A stretch of DNA of 63,977 nucleotides, filler included, from Octopus bimaculoides (Eukaryota), in assembly GCF_001194135.2 (NCBI RefSeq). It is 11 parts of 10 records of this genome, joined end to end, with 100 filler letters (N's around TTAATTAATTAA, not from the genome) between each part and the next. Parts side by side here need not be neighbours in the genome. Positions count along the whole stretch, not along the records: positions 1 to 16,001 come from NC_068994.1; 10 more parts are not named here. One strand, given 5' to 3'. The position numbers and the translations under genes were made by a program. Of the stretch, positions 1-12,052 are shown in pieces; the first letter of the stretch is position 1, and each line of letters opens with the position of its first letter. Below the pieces are notes generated by a model that saw nothing but the letters and a program-made list of their open reading frames with translations, had not been told where the DNA came from and searched no databases.

Positions 1-85
1 TCCATCTTTCCGACGAAGGGCTACGCCCGAAACGTCATACGCTCTCTCTTTCCTTTCCTGAGCGTCCAATAATACTATCCATATC
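1..85 (+). mobile_element. Penelope-like terminal fragment carrying a minimal hammerhead-like motif (10-36)
   Basis: CCGACGA-A-GGGC-TAC-GCCC-GAAAC-GTC: HHR-like core, 4-bp helix II, palindromic ACGT helix III, GUC triplet. Downstream CTTTCCTGAGCGTC..TAATAC resembles 57045-57070. Confidence 0.5.
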
Positions 86-132
86 ACGTCCTCACCTTGT
101 TGTTTTTTTGTTTTTTTGTTATTGTTTTTTTG

Positions 133-134
<2 letters not shown>

Positions 135-172
<38 letters not shown>

Positions 173-520
173 GCATCGATACATACACACACAAACATAC
201 ACAGACACAAACATACACACAGACGCACACCCTTGAACACACAAACTTGCAGACATACACGCATACACACACATATATGGTAATATTGGCAGCAGTAATA
301 AGCTATCATCACCATCATCATGATCACCATCATCGTAATCATCATCATCATCATCAATCATCATCATTAATCACGATAGACATGATATAATTTCGTTTTG
401 TGTGTCTCTACTTCGTGGGAAATTGAAAAGTTGTTAATAATAAACATGCTTAACTGCGGAGAAATAATTGTGATGATGACGATTAGTCGAATGAGATGGA
501 AGTCTTGTGTGTGTGTCTGA

Positions 521-575
<55 letters not shown>

Positions 576-780
576 CGTGTGCGTGTGCATATAATTCTGT
601 TTGTGCATGTAACTCTATGTGTGTGTATGCATGTGTGTTATATATTATACACTGCATCTGCACTGTGTATATATTTATGCGTGTATGTATACTTGTGTCG
701 ATTTTTGTGTTTTTGTATATGTAATATGTATAAATCAGCGTGTGAACGTCTATGCCTGACTGTGTTACTCATATATATAT
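135..780. repeat. Microsatellite cluster: (TA)n, (CA)n, (CAT)n, (GT)n
   Basis: Directly visible simple repeats; they explain the YI/HT/CV ORFs. Confidence 0.95.
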
Positions 781-822
781 ATATATATACTTCGTGATGT
801 ATGTGTGCTTATATATACGTAT

Positions 823-956
823 GAGTGGACCGGAATGGAAGTGAAATGCGAGAAAGTGTTTTGCTGTAGAACACAACGCACCGCTCACTGGTTTGGGAAT
901 CAAAACCACGACCTTTTGATCGTAAGTGCAATACTCTAACAACTAGCCCACGCGCA
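823..956 (-). mobile_element. SINE family C 5' part (tRNA-like head + CORE-like domain)
   Basis: Reverse complement matches the heads at 5720-6018 (GTTAGAGTATTGCACTTACGATC..GTTTTGATTCCC..TTGTGTTCT). Confidence 0.65.
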
Positions 957-1311
957 CACACATGTGTGTGTGGGGGGGGGGTGTATTATACGTCAGTTCA
1001 TTGAGTGACAGCATTAGTAAAATATGTAGAAGCACCAAGAAATCAAGGCGCAAGAATTTTAAAAAATATACCCGGCGAGGCGTGAATCGTCATTACTCAT
1101 GTAATACACCATGAAATGGTAGGAACAAATTCCAATTACAGGCTAGATATGATTTATTTCCTTCCTTCATACAAATATACCGTTAAGGTTTGGTGATGTT
1201 CATGCCAGTCTCGATAACCTATCACTGTTGCAGTCGTCAGTGTTGCGCTGTATAGTCAGGCGGTGTTCTGATGGAGCAGAGACATTTTTACCCAGATCTT
1301 TGTCTTTAGAA

Positions 1312-1915
1312 CTAGTCTTTCCAACTGCTGGATTGCGTACTATTACAGACCCGTGGATAAATTGGCACTGGGCCGCACAGAAAGAATAATCTTTTAAAAT
1401 TTCGACTTGTAGTATATACATTATAAGGCGGCAAGCTGGGAGAATCGCTTAGAGCGCTGGACAAAATATCTAGCGGTATATTTCGTCTGTCTTTAACTTC
1501 TGACTTCAATATCCACCGGGAACGACTTTGCCTTTAATCTTTTCGGGGTCGATGTAATAAGTACCAGTTGAGCACTGGGGTCAGTGTACTTGACTAGTCA
1601 CCTCCCACTGAATTTCAGGCTCTGTACCTATAGTGGAAACTATTATATATATTGGTTTCAAATTTTGGCACAAGGCCAGCAATAACGCAGACAGGGATAA
1701 GTGGATTACGACAATTACATATATTAGAATGTAATAATACTAGGCATAAATTGCATAACGTACAATGTAATAATTACATTTGAATTGTTTATGTAATAAT
1801 CAGTTTACACATTTTACACTTAACTGTGTTTTTTTAAACGTGTGATCCCCTGGTCCGTAGAAAAATTGTCTTGCATAAGACCAGTCTGCGGTGCAAAGTA
1901 GATTGTGGACCACTA
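1312..1915 (+). mobile_element. Degenerate hAT/Charlie (MER1-like) non-autonomous element with a nested SINE
   Basis: 5' end ..CCAAC..CCCGTGG..CTGGGCCGCACAG and 3' end CCCCTGGTCCGTAGAAAAATTGTCTTGCAT..GGTGCAAAG..GGACCACTA resemble MER1/Charlie3 termini as recalled. Flanks CTTTAGAA / ATCTAGAC fit the NTCTAGAN Charlie target. Confidence 0.6.
1425..1645 (+). mobile_element. SINE family D (tRNA-like head + Meta-like domain), nested in the hAT element
   Basis: GGCGGCAAGCTGG head and GACTTTGCCTTT..CTTTTCGGGGTCGAT..TAAGTACCAGT; homologous to 39536-39752. Confidence 0.75.
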
Positions 1916-2323
1916 ATCTAGACCGTCTCTCCGAGGGAATTTTTGCTTGATTCCATGTGTTTTTTCTTCCTGCGACCCTTCAAGTTCAGCTGTTTGAGAG
2001 GAAAGTGATGCCAGAGGCACAAACTATACAATTTATAGGGTTTCTGAGACTGTTATGATCGACTGCGACCTCAGAGATCCCCACCCTATAAGAGTAAAAT
2101 TTACGTACAAGCATACGTACATTTATACATATATGCACATGTGTGTGTGTATACATCTTTGTGTGTATATATGTATGTGTATGCACATACGTATATGTGT
2201 GTGCGTGTATGTATACATATATATACATATACATAATGGCAATATATGTGCATATATATATATAAATGTGTGTATACACACGCACACACACATAGACACA
2301 GACACAGACACAGGCACACACAG

Positions 2324-2396
<73 letters not shown>

Positions 2397-2399
<3 letters not shown>

Positions 2400-2883
2400 G
2401 AAATATTAACATTTCTACGGCAGCGGTACTGGAGATTAATAGTTATCGCCAAGCTAACATGGCAGTCCAGGAAAATAGAACGAATGCTGCCGTCGATTAG
2501 CTCAAAGAGGCCATCGCCTCTAGCTAGCTATGTGACACACAATCCTGTATCCATTATAACCTTCGAACAGGGGAGGTCAACAGCTTCCCTTGCTGGTTCA
2601 ACATCCACGGACTAGTTTCGGGGCATTTGCCCCTTATCAATGTGGAGTAGCCGAACCCAGCAGGCGTCGCTGCTGACCATCTGTTCGAAGGTTTATTTAC
2701 CTATGTTCAGTGGAATACATCCACTTGTTTTCGAAAACAGAAATATCAACATTTCTAAATCTCTAATGGACACAGGTTTGTGTGTCACATAGCTAGCTAG
2801 AGGCGATGGCTTCTTGGAGCGAATCAACAGCAGCATTCGTCCTATTTTCCTGGACTGCCATGTCAGCTTGGCGATAACTATTA
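2397..2883 (-). mobile_element. Penelope-like remnant: 120-bp inverted arms enclosing a decayed hammerhead
   Basis: Arms 2437-2556 and 2764-2883 are reverse complements (about 9 mismatches). A minus-strand HHR fold lies at 2604-2646. Confidence 0.6.
2604..2646 (-). ncRNA. Decayed minimal type I hammerhead ribozyme
   Basis: Minus strand UCCACA-UUGAUAA-GGGGC-AAAU-GCCCC-GAAACUAGUC-CGUGGA. All three helices form; the core is two transitions from CUGAUGA. Confidence 0.65.
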
Positions 2884-3103
2884 AATATATATATATATAT
2901 ATATAGCTCTTATTCCTAGCAGGTAGATGCTTGTTAAGCATCATTACGCTTCGTACAAAGTTATAATTCATAGCTATTTAATGCTATTGCACCTGCGATC
3001 CAGCTATGTCACTGCTGGTGATATCATCAATTTTAAACTTTATCCACAGATGATATGAATAGTAGTGACATCTGATTTCAAATCTCAGTGTTAGAATGTT
3101 TTG

Positions 3104-3138
<35 letters not shown>

Positions 3139-3974
3139 TAACGTAGAAGCGGTTAAAAGTGACAGGATATATTTCTGACCCTTTTCAATAATTTCTAATC
3201 TTTCAGTCTCATGCCTTGATATATTTTCCTCTTGTGTTTCAATTTGTNNNNNNNNNNNNNNNNNNNNNNNNNNNNNNNNNNNNNNNNNNNNNNNNNNNNN
3301 NNNNNNNNNNNNNNNNNNNNNNNNNNNNNNNNNNNNNNNNNNNNNNNNNNNNNNNNNNNNNNNNNNNNNNNNNNNNNNNNNNNNNNNNNNNNNNNNNNNN
3401 NNNNNNNNNNNNNNNNNNNNNNNNNNNNNNNNNNNNNNNNNNNNNNNNNNNNNNNNNNNNNNNNNNNNNNNNNNNNNNNNNNNNNNNNNNNNNNNNNNNN
3501 NNNNNNNNNNNNNNNNNNNNNNNNNNNNNNNNNNNNNNNNNNNNNNNNNNNNNNNNNNNNNNNNNNNNNNNNNNNNNNNNNNNNNNNNNNNNNNNNNNNN
3601 NNNNNNNNNNNNNNNNNNNNNNNNNNNNNNNNNNNNNNNNNNNNNNNNNNNNNNNNNNNNNNNNNNNNNNNNNNNNNNNNNNNNNNNNNNNNNNNNNNNN
3701 NNNNNNNNNNNNNNNNNNNNNNNNNNNNNNNNNNNNNNNNNNNNNNNNNNNNNNNNNNNNNNNNNNNNNNNNNNNNNNNNNNNNNNNNNNNNNNNNNNNN
3801 NNNNNNNNNNNNNNNNNNNNNNNNNNNNNNNNNNNNNNNNNNNNNNNNNNNNNNNNNNNNNNNNNNNNNNNNNNNNNNNNNNNNNNNNNNNNNNNNNNNN
3901 NNNNNNNNNNNNNNNNNNNNNNNNNNNNNNNNNNNNNNNNNNNNNNNNNNNNNNNNNNNNNNNNNNNNNNNNNN

Positions 3975-4006
<32 letters not shown>

Positions 4007-4284
4007 CATTTATATATGTTTATGTGTGAGTGTATACATTTACGTATACATGTGAATATATATGTATGCGTGTATGTATGCATTTATGTATGTGCATGTT
4101 CGCGCGCGTGTGTGTGAATGCGTGCGTATGTGTATGTGTATTTGTGTGTGTGTGTATTTGTGTGTGTGTGTGTTAGACCTTAGCGATACTAAAACATGGA
4201 TTATTCAGCAAAATGCTAACTGGAATGGATCAGATTAACGGAAGACATCTTACATAACGGCATTGCTCATCTCACTACTTTACA

Positions 4285-4465
4285 GCAGTAGTAGTAGTGG
4301 TGGTGGTGGTTGTGGTGATGGTAGCTGTAGTGGTAGTGGTTATGGTGGTAGTCGTGGTGTTGGCTGTAGTTACAGTTGTTGCTTTGCGATTGTTGTTAGT
4401 GTTGTTGTTGTTACTTTCGTTACTGCAGTTGCTGTTAGTGGTACTGTTACTGTCAATAGTATTGC

Positions 4466-4503
<38 letters not shown>

Positions 4504-4529
4504 CAATAATAATAGCAATAATAATAATG

Positions 4530-4622
<93 letters not shown>

Positions 4623-4640
4623 ATTGTTGTTGCGGTTGTT
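4285..4640. repeat. Low-complexity GGT/GTT tract followed by (AAT)n/(ATT)n
   Basis: Visible triplet repeats. Confidence 0.9.
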
Positions 4641-4900
4641 GATTATGATGTTTTTATCATTGTTTTTACTACAGTGTATTTGGTTTTCATTTCATATTGA
4701 TTTCTCATATTGGCACAGGGCCATAAATGTGCGTATATATATATATATATAATATATATATGTATANNNNNNNNNNTATATATGGGCATGTAAGCAAATA
4801 TACATGTATGTATGATTATGTGGTTGTGTGTATGTACACTTATTATTGGATTACATGAATAAGACTGTAAGCACGTATGTGTATGTCAGTGTAATAGTGT

Positions 4901-4958
<58 letters not shown>

Positions 4959-5066
4959 TATTTGATTTTAAAAGTGTGTATTCGATTGTGTGTGTGAGTG
5001 AATGCGTATATCATGGGATGCGTTTTGATGACCGATTTCGATTGAATCGACCCTATTACGTATGTT

Positions 5067-5100
<34 letters not shown>

Positions 5101-5719
5101 TGCGGCATACAACCCACTCAACTACCCAAGTAGGCATCCTAAATACCATGCCTGGTACTCATCTTATCCATGCCCACCCAGCACACCGAATAGAAATTAA
5201 AAAAAAAAAAATCCTGTTTCGGCCGTGATTTGAACCTGGAACCTAACGACACGTCACTAAATGCTGTAAAAACTTACGTCCAGTTTTCTGACCACCAACC
5301 AACCAGCCAATCATGTATGTCAAATCACTGCTCTAAAACCTAGCCATTAAAACACACTGTCAAAATAACCACACAATAAAATATGAGGGAAATTTGGTTG
5401 TTATATCTAACCGGTCATGTACCCCCACGAAGGACTTCTTTGTTGGTTCGAAATAATCTTTAGCTTTGTCGTATTATTTCATATCAGTCAAAGTTAAACA
5501 ACTATGATTGAAAACGTTCAAGTCGAGAAAATCCATTGTTTGTATAACAGGAACTATAGTGTCAAATAAAAGCATCCATTTAGTCTTTATGGCTGTCTAG
5601 GTAAGAAACTTACTTTGCAACATCGAGGTTCTGTTTTCAGTTCCACTGTGTAACATCTAAGGTACATCACTAAAATGCAAGTCGACCTAGAAGGTATTTC
5701 AACTCAGTACGGAATGCTG

Positions 5720-6018
5720 GGGGAGGCGCATGCTTTAGTGGTTAGGGTGTTGGACTCACGATCGTGAGATTGAGGTTTCGATTCCTGGACTGGGCGAAGC
5801 GTTGTGTTCTTGAGCAAAACACTTCCTTTCACGTTGCTCCAATCCACTTAGCTGTAGAAATGAGTGCCACTAGTGGAAGCAGGTCGTTTAGTGGTTAGGG
5901 TGTTGGATTCACGACCGTAGGATTGTAGATTCGATCCCTGTACCGGGCGATCTGTTGTGTTGTTGAGCAAAACACTTCATTTCACGATGCTCCAGTCCAC
6001 TCAGCTGTAGAAATGAAT
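5720..6018 (+). mobile_element. Two tandem SINE family C heads (tRNA-like A/B boxes + CORE-like domain)
   Basis: TAGTGGTTAGGGTGTTGGA..TTCGAT(T/C)CCTG then TTGTGTT(C/G)TTGAGCAAAACACTT..GCTCCA..CAGCTGTAGAAATGA twice; resembles the CORE-SINE domain. Confidence 0.8.
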
Positions 6019-6819
6019 CTAGCCTGGTGTGACATGGGCTACGCCAGGTTTTCTACATACGCTACATATACTCCAAGGCTGAAGCGCCCAACGACCCTTT
6101 AAGGGGTTAATGGACTTGTCAAAATGAAATGTTGCGAAACATTTTGTCCGGCATACTCACGATTCTTACAGCTTACAGAGACGTACATATAAATGAGTAA
6201 CTTACATCGTGCCCGTCTGTGAGAGAATTTATTGATCCATAGTGGAAGGAATGGTCGATGCATCTGTTTCCCTTTTCTCCTATTTACAACAAACGGGGAT
6301 ATTTATCGGCCATTTTGGAACGATCGATCAATCTACGGTTCCCCGTTTTATTATTTTTTTAATGTTGCATACGGCACGCAGGATTTCTTATACCCATACA
6401 ATACACATTCACACATATACACACATATACATAAGCACACACGCACACATATCTATTGTAGTTCTTTGGTTTCTTATTTTGCAGACCCCACCCACACCAA
6501 AAAGAAAATGAAATCCTCCGCTAAATTACACTCCGCCGTGTTAAACAAAGAAGGGACGCATTAGATAATAACGAACTCCTTTCAAACGTTAAGAAGAAAG
6601 AATTTTTTTTTTTTAAATGAATAAAAGAAAAAGAATGGAATGGTCACAACTGGAATGCTTTTGATCATAGATCTGCACGATCAGTGTTGACCTGGGGTTA
6701 AAAACAATGACAATAACAATCTGTTCAATCTGTTCATCATAAGAGCTACACACACACTTTCTCTTTCTCCCGTCCCTCTTTCTCTCTCACACGCACACAC
6801 TTTCTCTTTCTCCCGTCCC

Positions 6820-6839
<20 letters not shown>

Positions 6840-6859
<20 letters not shown>

Positions 6860-7143
6860 GAACACTATTACACACACACACACAAAACACTATTACACAC
6901 ACACACACACACACAGAGAACACTNNNNNNNNNNNNNNNNNNNNNNNNNNNNNNNNNNNNNNNNNNNNNNNNNNNNNNNNNNNNNNNNNNNNNNNNNNNN
7001 NNNNNNNNNNNNNNNNNNNNNNNNNNNNNNNNNNNNNNNNNNNNNNNNNNNNNNNNNNNNNNNNNNNNNNNNNNNNNNNNNNNNNNNNNNNNNNNNNNNN
7101 NNNNNNNNNNNNNNGTTACACACACACACACAACACAAAACAC

Positions 7144-7181
<38 letters not shown>

Positions 7182-7235
7182 CACTATTACACACACACAC
7201 ACACACACAAAACACTATTACACACTCACACACAC
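6840..7235. repeat. Compound minisatellite ACACTATT + (AC)n
   Basis: At least six ACACT(ATT) anchors separated by variable (AC)n; spans an N gap. Confidence 0.85.
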
Positions 7236-7544
7236 ACATGCACTCTCTCTTACCACATGCTTTCTCTCTCCTCTCTTTCACACTAACTTTCTTTCCCTCT
7301 TTCTTCCCTCTCTCACTCCATATTTCTCCCCATTTAAGCACTGGGGTCAATGTAATTGACTCGTCCACTCCCCCGAAATTGCTGTCGTTGCGCTAAAATA
7401 TGAAACCATTATTACAGTTATAAATACCAGTTGAATACTGGGGTCTATATAATCGACTAGGTCCCTCGCTACAAGATTTCAGGCCTTGTGCCTATAGTAG
7501 AAAGGATTATTAGAGTTATTACAATGTTATGGTGCTGAGGAATG

Positions 7545-8010
7545 AAGACGCGTCGACTTGTGGTTATGGTGCTGCAAGTACGATCGTAAGGTCGTAATCT
7601 TCATTTCCGGACGTTGTGTTCTTGAGCAAAACACTTTATTTCACGTGGCTGAGTTGTAACTGAGTTCGTAACTGAGTCATCGGTTGATGCATTGTGTTCT
7701 TGAGCAATACATATGATTTCATGTTGCTCTAATTCACTCAACTGTAAATGAGTAATTCAGCGGCGTCCCGTCCCGGAAAAATATTGTGTTCTCGGTCTCT
7801 TGTAGGTCATGGAAACCGTGTTACCGGAGCTATAAGTCCTAAGACTTGATACAGTAATATCGTGGAGGCGAGTGGCTTTGTGGTTAGGGTCCTGGGCTCG
7901 TGATCGTAGAATTGTAGTTTCGATTCCTGAGCCGAGCGACGCGTTGTGCTCTTGTGCAAACCGCTTTATTTCACGTTGCTCCAGTTCACTCACCTGGCAA
8001 AAAATAAGTA
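7545..8010 (+). mobile_element. Stack of degenerate SINE family C fragments
   Basis: Three TTGTG(T/C)TCTTG(A/T)GCAA modules and two tRNA-like heads. Confidence 0.7.
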
Positions 8011-8222
8011 ACCCTGCGACCTAAAAACCGCATAGTTGCTAAGCCACACAGCCATGCCTGTATTCAAAGTGTGTGTGGGAGACGGGTATTTACTGTGTGA
8101 ACTTGGGGCGAAAGACATTAAGTAACATCAACTACCGGGAGAGTGACGGCTACGTAGAGAGATTAGGTCATATACGAAAGGGAAGGCGGAAAAGGAGGAT
8201 TAAAGAAGGAAAACTGACTGAA

Positions 8223-8272
<50 letters not shown>

Positions 8273-8892
8273 TGAGCAAGAAGAAATAGCAAGAAAGACT
8301 GATGTGAAAGAAAAGAGATGTGAGACGATGATGACATTAACAAGGAAGAAGAAAGGGAGCGAGGTGGGGATGGGGGGAAGCATTACAAGGGAGAGAAGTG
8401 AAGCTAAATGGTGAGTGAGTGAGTTTGGAAATATGGGGGGGGGGAGATGAAAAAGTAGAAGTGAAGGAATCATAAGGAAGTGGGGGGGGGGGAGAGGGAG
8501 GGAAGAAAGAAATAAGAATAAGGACAAAGAGTGCACTGTGCAGGAGGTGGGGGTAGGTAGGTAGGTAATAGTGATGCTGAGGTAGGAGTGGTGGGGGAAT
8601 GATTCAAGAGGAAGAGATTGGGGTACAGAAGGTTCACAAGGAGGTGTGTGGGGAAGGTGGGTATTTGGAAGAAAAACAACTCACAGTGTACAAATGCACA
8701 CACACACACATACGCACAGCACAACACACACACACGCACAGTCAAATATACAGACATATACACATACATATGATCGATAAGGCTGACGCACACTACAGAC
8801 ATCCTGAAATCTGTCTGTCTATGAATTAATATAGCAATATGTGTGTGTATATACAAATATGTATTCTTTTACTTTGTTTTTTTTTTATATAT

Positions 8893-9053
8893 TTGTTTCA
8901 TTTATTTGACTGCGGCCATGCTGGAGCATCGCCTTGACGGGTTTTGGTCGAACAAATCAACCCCAGAACTTACCTTTTTAAACCCAGTACTTATTCCAAT
9001 AATCTCTTTTGCTGAACTGCTAGCTGACGGGAATGTAATCATATCGGCATCAG
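8893..9053 (-). mobile_element. SINE family A right arm
   Basis: TTTGACTGCGGCCATGCTGGAGCA..GTACTTATT..CTTTTGCTGAAC shared with many copies in the window. Confidence 0.8.
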
Positions 9054-9070
9054 TATACATACATACATAT

Positions 9071-9148
<78 letters not shown>

Positions 9149-9496
9149 NNNNNNNNNNNNNNNNNNNNNNNNNNTATATATATAAGCAATGTTAATTCTC
9201 TAAATGAAGTATTAACAGTAACTGCACGATAAAGTGTAGTATATTGCCACTTAAGTGTGGCTGACCCCTAGGGGTGGATGTTACTGTTGCTTTTAGCCCC
9301 AGGAGGACATCTCCTCCAGCTGGCTTATCGACACACGACTGTGTCCGTGCGTCCCCGTATATGTTTTTATCTTCAGTGAAATTGCCTTAAGATGTTGAAG
9401 TATATCAAAAACATATTTGAACTAGCCTAAGGTTTGTTAATTGTCCATCATTACTTCAAGCTACAATTGATACACACACACACACACACACACATA

Positions 9497-10370
9497 ATGG
9501 GTGCGATGGGTAAACTGCTGTCGCCATATTATATTTTTAACTTCGCGCATGTTTCTTTTTGATTTTGTTGACTACACAGTATAGTAGGATCAGTTGGATG
9601 TCGTCTGTAAGAAAAACAGCACCATGATGCACTTCACTCTGCCAGAAATTGGGAAACAACACGCTGCATTGCTAGGCATTCACGCCGGAAGCTCCAATAC
9701 GAACATTTCAGAGTGTTTGAGTGTCAACCTGAGGGCAGTGCAATCTGAGGACATGTACTGAGAGTGATAAAAATCAAACATCCAGTCAACATCATGGTGT
9801 CTGGTGTGATCACTAGTGATGACAACGTTATGCCTCCTTTCATCTTCCGACACAGCCTTACATTCAACACGGAGGCCTACATCAAGTGACTGGAAGAGGT
9901 AGTGCTGCCCTGGGGGAAGAGGGTGGCTGCTGGAAGACCCTATGTCTGGCAACAGGACTCCATACCATGCCACACAAGCAGGAGAATCCACTGATGGCTG
10001 TAAGACAATTTCTACGACCACATCGCCTCTAACGTGTGGCCACCTAACTCGTCAGATTGCAAACCCCTTGATTATTGTGTGGGGTGAGAGACCAACAAAA
10101 CTCCTTCTAACAGCAAAGATGAACTGAAGGCAAGGATTGTGGCAGCATTCACCAACTTAAACAAGGAGACCGTCCAGAAGAGTTGCAGGAGATTCCGACA
10201 TTGTCCGGAGGCTGTGATTGAATCCAATGTCTATTTTATTGAAAAAATTTACTCTTTAGTATATCAAGAGATTTTTATGCAATCTATCTCTTATGTAATA
10301 TATCTGCTAAAACGAGATGTCAGTGTTATTTTCATTTTTGCGTAATTTAGACGACAGTTTATTCACCGAC
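9497..10370 (+). mobile_element. Internally deleted Tc1/mariner DD37D (maT-type) transposon; transposase pseudogene 9770-10255
   Basis: One frame from 9770 with four stops: KHPVNIMVSGVI..RPYVWQQDSIPCH..WPPNSSDCKPLDY..ELKARI..EAVIE. 37 residues separate the QQD and PLD aspartates. Weak TIR-like TAAACTG..TCG / CGACAGTTTA at the ends. Confidence 0.85.
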
Positions 10371-10371
10371 T

Positions 10372-10525
10372 TCTTTCAGTCAATGGACAGCGACCTGGAA
10401 AGGTTTTAGTGGAGCAAATCGACCCCAGTACTTAAAGCCTATTATAGATGTTATTGGTCTATTTTTGCCGCATCATTAAGTTGCGGCGACGTAAACAAAC
10501 CAATACCGATTGCACAGTGTTTGTG
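10372..10525 (-). mobile_element. SINE family A right arm (degenerate)
   Basis: GAGCAAATCGACCCCAGTACTT..CTATTTTTGCCG..TAAGTTGCGGCGACGTAAACA. Confidence 0.75.
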
Positions 10526-10624
10526 GGAGAGACACACTCACGCACTCACTTACATGTATGTATGTATGTATGTATTATGTATGCATGTATGTGTGTATGT
10601 ATGTATGTATGTATGTATACACAA

Positions 10625-10673
<49 letters not shown>

Positions 10674-11719
10674 GAGCAATGGCGAATGTGGGAGAGAAAA
10701 CTAAAGCTGCGTCAAAGACAACGAAATCTTAACACACGCACATTGCATGTGCGCCAGTATCTAATGGCGAACACACAGACAGCAATATTGATCTAGTCAC
10801 AGTGGAACGGACACACGGACACAGAAAGAAATAGAAGATATTCGAATAGAAACACACCCACATATTCCTAACAGACAACGTGTAAGAAGGAAGGCAGACA
10901 GTCACACGCATAGTTATACACTGTAATATATTCAGACATACATTGTGTGTGAGTGTGAATGTGTCTAAGCGTGTATGGTGTGTGTATGTTCGTGTCTAAG
11001 TGAATGTATATGTCACTATATATGTATGTATGTGTGTGTGTGTGTGTTTGTCGGAACATCTGTGTGTTTGTCAGTGTGTATCTTAATACCTGCGTGTGTG
11101 CGTGTGCGTATATGTGAAGCGTGTGTGCGCGNNNNNNNNNNNNNNNNNNNNNNNNNNNNNNNNNNNNNNNNNNNNNNNNNNNNNNNNNNNNNNNNNNNNN
11201 NNNNNNNNNNNNNNNNNNNNNNNNNNNNNNNNNNNNNNNNNNNNNNNNNNNNNNNNNNNNNNNNNNNNNNNNNNNNNNNNNNNNNNNNNNNNNNNNNNNN
11301 NNNNNNNNNNNNNNNNNNNNNNNNNNNNNNNNNNNNNNNNNNNNNNNNNNNNNNNNNNNNNNNNNNNNNNNNNNNNNNNNNNNNNNNNNNNNNNNNNNNN
11401 NNNNNNNNNNNNNNNNNNNNNNNNNNNNNNNNNNNNNNNNNNNNNNNNNNNNNNNNNNNNNNNNNNNNNNNNNNNNNNNNNNNNNNNNNNNNNNNNNNNN
11501 NNNNNNNNNNNNNNNNNNNNNNNNNNNNNNNNNNNNNNNNNNNNNNNNNNNNNNNNNNNNNNNNNNNNNNNNNNNNNNNNNNNNNNNNNNNNNNNNNNNN
11601 NNNNNNNNNNNNNNNNNNNNNNNNNNNNNNNNNNNNNNNNNNNNNNNNNNNNNNNNNNNNNNNNNNNNNNNNNNNNNNNNNNNNNNNNNNNNNNNNNNNN
11701 NNNNNNNNNNNNNNNNNNN

Positions 11720-11759
<40 letters not shown>

Positions 11760-11904
11760 ATAATAATAATAATAATAATAATAATAGCAATAATAATGGG
11801 ACCCCCGAGGAGATGGAGTATCCTATATTTTATAATATTTTATAATATTTTATAATATGTATTAATCATTCTGGATGCTCCATCGAAATGTTCATAGGTC
11901 ATTT

Positions 11905-11935
<31 letters not shown>

Positions 11936-12052
11936 AAAGTATTTTCAATGAATCAGTTTTGAGCTCTATTTAAAGTTGATATATATATATATACGTATAT
12001 AAAAATTATCATGGTGGCTATTCGCAATTTAGAACCGAAAAGCAGAAATATT

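Noticed and set aside
5720-5800. tRNA genes at SINE heads (also 18850-18917, 31795-31860, 39536-39620)
   Set aside because: A/B-box-like motifs run directly into SINE bodies and no acceptor stem closes.
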